A stretch of 64,000 bases of DNA from a virus (taxonomy: Duplodnaviria > Heunggongvirae > Uroviricota > Caudoviricetes). The stretch is from the IMG/VR virus record IMGVR_UViG_2645727811_000003, positions 1 through 64,000 of that record. One strand, written 5' to 3'. The notes beneath the pieces are model-generated. The model had not been told where the DNA came from. It did not search any database and saw nothing but the letters and a program-made list of their open reading frames with translations. Made by a program: the position numbers and the translations under genes. This document shows positions 59,997-64,000 of this stretch, in pieces (position 1 is the stretch's first letter; every line of letters begins with the position of its first letter).

Positions 59997-60305
59997 CTCC
60001 TTTTAATTCGTCATTCGATCTATTATTATATTATCATGACTATTTTAGATAGTCAATTATTTTTTATTTATATTTTTAATTTGTATGTAATAATATTTAT
60101 TAGTCTGTGAAGGGTTTGGGATGGTGCAGACCAAAACATTTAAGACTGCGAAGCTGTTTTAAATGTTTGTCAGCATCCCAAGATCTTTTTTTTATTCTTT
60201 TAATTAATATATTTAAATTATTTTCGTCTTTTTTAAAGAGTTAGGCTCAAAAACCTTTGATATGACTGAACTTTTTCAAATGTTTAAGAGGTTTTTCCTC
60301 TTTAG

Positions 60306-61523
60306 CTATCCATTTAACCAGTCTATGAGTAACTTCCTCATTCTTAAAGATGGTATGAATAATGTTATTTCCTCACCGTTTCTAATTGCTGATCTCCATA
60401 TCCATTGAAGTAATTCAGATAATGCAAAAGCATCCTGATCAATTGATACGTTATACTTCTCTTTAAAATAATTGTATAGAACAGTGTTAACATATCTATT
60501 TATTGTATACGCTAAGTGTTTTTTATGTATAAATTCATTTGTAGCTCTTGCATTACATGAAACAAAACCTTTAGTATAACCGTTACCCTTAATCTTGCTT
60601 TTATGTTCTGCGTATGTTGTCCACATTGCTTCATTACTTGTTGACTTGACTATATTATTAAAATAATTAAATACATTATTCTTCACTTTTTTGAGTGTAT
60701 AAGATGATTTGTTTTTGTACCAACTGGATGACAATGAAAAGTCTAATTGTCCAATCGCATTTAAGTTACCTTCATAAATATTAATCTTATCCCCTATTCT
60801 TTCCTTGAGCTTTTTCTCATGATCATTATTATAATCAGTAAATGAATGCTGCCCGTTTTTAAATTCAGTAATGCATTTTTGATATTTGATGTTGTTTACA
60901 TCGTAATAATACCTTTGTATTTGTGCGTCAAACATGTATGTAAGTATGTACACCTCGTTAAATATAGCGAATACATCTGAAGGGAAATTCCATATCAATA
61001 TATTATCCTTAAAGTAAATTAGATTATTATTTAAAGCCATATCACGTATATCATCGTATCGTGTCTCATAGTCCTTTTTTTCTTCATTCCATTTGACAAA
61101 TCCGTCCTCAACATAAATTAATTCAGAATCAAACAATGTGGTTAAATCATGTTTCTTTACTTGTAATTGCTCCACAACCTCCATGACCTCATCTAATATT
61201 AAAGTATAGTTCCCAGAAAGAATAAGCTCCTTTGTTTCGTCATTTGCATTTTTGAAAAGGTTATGAGTGGCAACAATGTTTTTATTCTGCGATAAGAGTT
61301 CATGAAATGACTCAAACTTATATTGTGTTTTGTCCCCTTTCTTCTTCACCTTTGGTTCATACATTTGTCTATTACTTACGCTTTTTTTGATACGTTCAAC
61401 TTCATTCAAGTATGGTGTAATGAATATAAAGTTTTCATCTTTACTAGCGTTATTCATTAGATTGATTGCGGCTGATGTTTTTCCACTCCCCATAATCGAA
61501 TCCACAACTTTGATATTTGTCAT
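60306..61523 (-). CDS. P-loop NTPase (405 aa) with a C-terminal domain paralogous to the adjacent GIY-YIG protein
   Basis: Walker A MGSGKTS at residues 11-17 and Walker B LILDEV. The C-terminus FALSELLQWIWRSAIRNGEEITLFIPSLRMRKLLIDWL corresponds to YALSLMLKWIVNCGDIKNPITIFVPSLRMEKLLSKWL in the neighbour. Confidence 0.55.
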   Translation of the reverse strand: MTNIKVVDSIMGSGKTSAAINLMNNASKDENFIFITPYLNEVERIKKSVSNRQMYEPKVKKKGDKTQYKFESFHELLSQNKNIVATHNLFKNANDETKELILSGNYTLILDEVMEVVEQLQVKKHDLTTLFDSELIYVEDGFVKWNEEKKDYETRYDDIRDMALNNNLIYFKDNILIWNFPSDVFAIFNEVYILTYMFDAQIQRYYYDVNNIKYQKCITEFKNGQHSFTDYNNDHEKKLKERIGDKINIYEGNLNAIGQLDFSLSSSWYKNKSSYTLKKVKNNVFNYFNNIVKSTSNEAMWTTYAEHKSKIKGNGYTKGFVSCNARATNEFIHKKHLAYTINRYVNTVLYNYFKEKYNVSIDQDAFALSELLQWIWRSAIRNGEEITLFIPSLRMRKLLIDWLNG

Positions 61524-61536
61524 TCTAATCCCCCTT

Positions 61537-62388
61537 TTAATTATTATTTTTTAACCATTTTGACAATAATTTCTCCATTCTAAGTGAAGGAACAAATATG
61601 GTTATAGGGTTCTTAATATCACCACAATTTACAATCCATTTCAGCATTAACGATAAAGCATATGTATCCTCATCTAAGTTCGATAGTTCTTTATATTTCC
61701 TAGTCAAAAATGAATTAGGAAAACAGTTAGCTGCAAAACATAAATAATATTTCCTGTCCTTTTCTGATAACTGTCCATTGAGTGGAACAAATCTTTTTTT
61801 ATTCCCCTTGAATTCTAATTGTCTTGCAAATTGTGTGAATGTTGTCCAGCAACGTTCTATACTTTTTGAGCTGGTCTGATTATAAAAATAATTATTCATA
61901 TTCCATTTTAATTGCCGTACATCTTCAGCATTTTTGATGAACCATCTTTTACTGTAATCATATTTACTGTTTCCGCTTTGAAGAAGCTTTCCTTTTTTCT
62001 CATGAATTGTTAAGTTAGTTCTTAAAAGTTGTTTAGTTTCTTTTGAAATGCTTTTGCAATAGAACACATCTTCCATAAAATTAGATGGTGCTGAAATGCT
62101 GTGCATTGTGGTAGAGGTTAGAACATTATAAAGATTAGGCATCTCTTCCCCATCTATCCACATTTGTTCGATTTTTAATAAGTCTTTCTTGTCGTCAACA
62201 TATTCCAACACTTCAAAAGTGAAATCATTCAAACTGTATTTTTTCCAGTCTTTTTGCAGTAAGTGTGAATGATGTAACCCGTAATGCAGATCAGTAACAT
62301 GCTGTTCCCATCTTTTGAACACATTTGAGCTACTACCTATATATTTCTTTCCGTTTATTTTATTTGTTATTTGGTACACACCTTTCAT
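61537..62388 (-). CDS. GIY-YIG nuclease-domain protein (283 aa) sharing a ~120-aa C-terminal domain with the adjacent ATPase
   Basis: N-terminal GVYQITNKINGKKYIGSSSNVFKRWEQH (GIY...YIG...R...E); C-terminal paralogy as above. Confidence 0.6.
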   Translation of the reverse strand: MKGVYQITNKINGKKYIGSSSNVFKRWEQHVTDLHYGLHHSHLLQKDWKKYSLNDFTFEVLEYVDDKKDLLKIEQMWIDGEEMPNLYNVLTSTTMHSISAPSNFMEDVFYCKSISKETKQLLRTNLTIHEKKGKLLQSGNSKYDYSKRWFIKNAEDVRQLKWNMNNYFYNQTSSKSIERCWTTFTQFARQLEFKGNKKRFVPLNGQLSEKDRKYYLCFAANCFPNSFLTRKYKELSNLDEDTYALSLMLKWIVNCGDIKNPITIFVPSLRMEKLLSKWLKNNN

Positions 62389-62441
62389 CCAATATCTCCT
62401 TTTAATTTATATATTATGTAATGATGAGCGAATAACATCAC

Positions 62442-62630
62442 TCATCTTTTCTGGTTTCGGTTGACTGTATAATAAATAAACCATGAAACAGCTATGACTA
62501 TGAGCGTAACTATAAACACTGTATAAACAATGATCTGTGTTGAGCTGTTGAAGTATTGCCTATTGAACAGGAATAGAATGAAACATACAATAAACAATAA
62601 ATGAGTAACCCATAAAGGAATACGTTTCAT
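62442..62630 (-). CDS. small membrane protein (62 aa, 2 TM)
   Basis: Hydrophobic throughout. Confidence 0.4.
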   Translation of the reverse strand: MKRIPLWVTHLLFIVCFILFLFNRQYFNSSTQIIVYTVFIVTLIVIAVSWFIYYTVNRNQKR

Positions 62631-63124
62631 GTTTTAAATTGTGTTTTATTATGTTATACTGTAGGTGAAGCTAGAGGATTACTCCTCTAGCCTGCTGTGT
62701 TATAGGCGTGTACGTCTGCGGTGCCTTGCCCGGTTTCGCTTTCGTATACGCTTTTTTCTTTGCTGTCTATGGCTTGTCTTATTTCTTATTGCGGCTAACT
62801 TCTCAATAATGGCTAGTATATTGATTGTCAGCGTTGAAAGAGATAAGACAATAGCCAACACAACACCTACCCTATCAAACACAATGTTTTCCCCTCCTTT
62901 CTATACCTATAATTATATCATATTAAAACACAAATTAAAAGTAAATAACGGGGTTTAGAAAGAGGTTTTATTTGTGGGTTGGCTTGATCTGATAAGGATT
63001 AGCGGTAATGAATATAAATATGCTAGGAATGAATTAAGGCTTGTCTGTGAGGCTGTGAGTGTGGTTAAAATGGAAATAAAAAAGACTCAGTTATAAAACC
63101 GAGTCTTGTATTTTTAATTTGTTT

Positions 63125-63649
63125 TTAAATCTTTTGTAACTTGTGTTCAGCTTCTTTGATCATGATTTTCAATTCTTGAATTTCATCGGCATGTTTTTTG
63201 TTTTCAATCGCTTTTTTCAACCATCCATTTAAGATTTTGATCCGTTCTTTCTGTTTGTTTTGCTTATCAATTAACGTTTGTTGTCGACAAGCATTTATGA
63301 AGTCATTTCCACCTCTGTTAACATTCATTTTAATGTGTTTATGTTTATAAAATACCCGGCAAGAATAGCCACCATATGAACCACAATAAAAATTCCCATA
63401 TTCTGAGACTGCATCTTTTTCTGTTTTGAAATACTCGACTGTATCATTTTCGGTATTGTATATCACATAATTTCCTTTTTCTTCGATTTGTTTTCGGAAT
63501 TTTTCATTCTCTAAATGAGTGCTATATTCATCTTTCGATACTTCCTGGATCCCTGACCCATTGCACGTAAAACATTCACCACCGTTCACATGTCTAAAAT
63601 AAGGAATAACACCTTTGCCGCAGCACTTCTTACATGGAATATTGTACAT
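63125..63649 (-). CDS. zinc-finger protein (174 aa)
   Basis: CKKCCGKG...CFTCNGSG cysteine pairs; motif upstream. Confidence 0.45.
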   Translation of the reverse strand: MYNIPCKKCCGKGVIPYFRHVNGGECFTCNGSGIQEVSKDEYSTHLENEKFRKQIEEKGNYVIYNTENDTVEYFKTEKDAVSEYGNFYCGSYGGYSCRVFYKHKHIKMNVNRGGNDFINACRQQTLIDKQNKQKERIKILNGWLKKAIENKKHADEIQELKIMIKEAEHKLQKI

Positions 63650-63872
63650 TCAAATTCCCCTTTCGGTTATGTATTGCTTAACTATATTTAAATTGTATCA
63701 CGGCTATCTAAAATAGTCAATATATTTCTTTTAATTTGTTTTGTTATTCGACTTTGACATACATAAAATACCAATCTATTGACACATTGAATTAAGAGAA
63801 GCGCTAGGCTATGATTTCATCAGATGGAATTATTTATATAAAATTCCATCAAAAAGGAAGAGGGTTTAGTGA

Positions 63873-64000
63873 TGAAAAAGGTATTAAAGTTATGTGTGTT
63901 GTTCGGTGTGAGCATGGCGATCTTATTAGGGTTCTCACCCCAGAATGCTTCTGCGGCTTGGTCAGATTGGCAGAGCTTTAATGGATTTAAACAAGGATGT
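63873..64000 (+). CDS. 5' end of a secreted protein (signal peptide; truncated by the window edge)
   Basis: RBS AAGGAAGAGGG, then MKKVLKLCVLFGVSMAILLGFSPQNASAAWSDW. Confidence 0.45.

Noticed and set aside
1-64000. tRNA or rRNA genes
   Set aside because: No cloverleaf-like GC-rich 70-90-nt segment or rRNA-like conserved block was seen. The only structured non-coding segments are explained as introns, terminators or IS flanks.

Overview
This 64 kb window is almost entirely minus-strand, gene-dense, low-GC (~35%) DNA that reads as an SPbeta-family temperate Bacillus phage or prophage early/lysogeny region. There are no rRNA, tRNA or CRISPR features. Reading left to right, i.e. against the direction of transcription, the main blocks are:

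- **Ribonucleotide reductase operon (1..3868):** nrdI-nrdE, with nrdE interrupted by a ~250-nt group I intron and a 385-aa LAGLIDADG intein.
- **Small genes plus a bactofilin-like beta-helix protein and an SPFH/band-7 protein (3868..10714).**
- **Replication module (10722..22954):** DnaE-type DNA polymerase split by a group I intron that carries an HNH homing endonuclease; RecJ-like DHH exonuclease, DnaG-like primase, DnaB-like helicase, P-loop ATPase.
- **Secreted/membrane proteins and a GC-rich ~0.7 kb insert (23171..26300).**
- **ATP-dependent DNA ligase, ~15 small (yoq-like) genes and a Dda/RecD-like helicase (26323..35460).**
- **SPbeta-type lysogeny-control block (35822..41524):** YopR-like and YopP-like tyrosine-recombinase-fold proteins flanking a YopQ-like DGWHR protein, followed by a complete arbitrium cassette. 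AimR is a 351-aa TPR receptor; AimP is a 37-aa peptide ending GFTVGA; an AimX-like untranslated region follows.
- **Accessory island upstream of aimR (41.7-51.5 kb)** carrying candidate conflict genes:
  - a membrane-anchored S8 protease + secreted pro-protein + small putative immunity protein
  - a 476-aa protein with a C-terminal HEPN (Rx4H) motif
  - a 443-aa RES-domain protein convergent with a 59-aa zinc-ribbon gene
- **XRE regulator with an array of direct operator-like repeats (52020..52470).**
- **TnpB-only IS605-family element (53012..54142)** with a structured flank.
- **More small genes, a 646-aa protein, and a paralogous pair** (P-loop ATPase and GIY-YIG nuclease) that share a ~120-aa C-terminal domain.

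A 14-16 nt motif, AAACAAATTAAAAG(GAG), recurs about 25 times immediately upstream of, or overlapping, minus-strand gene starts.
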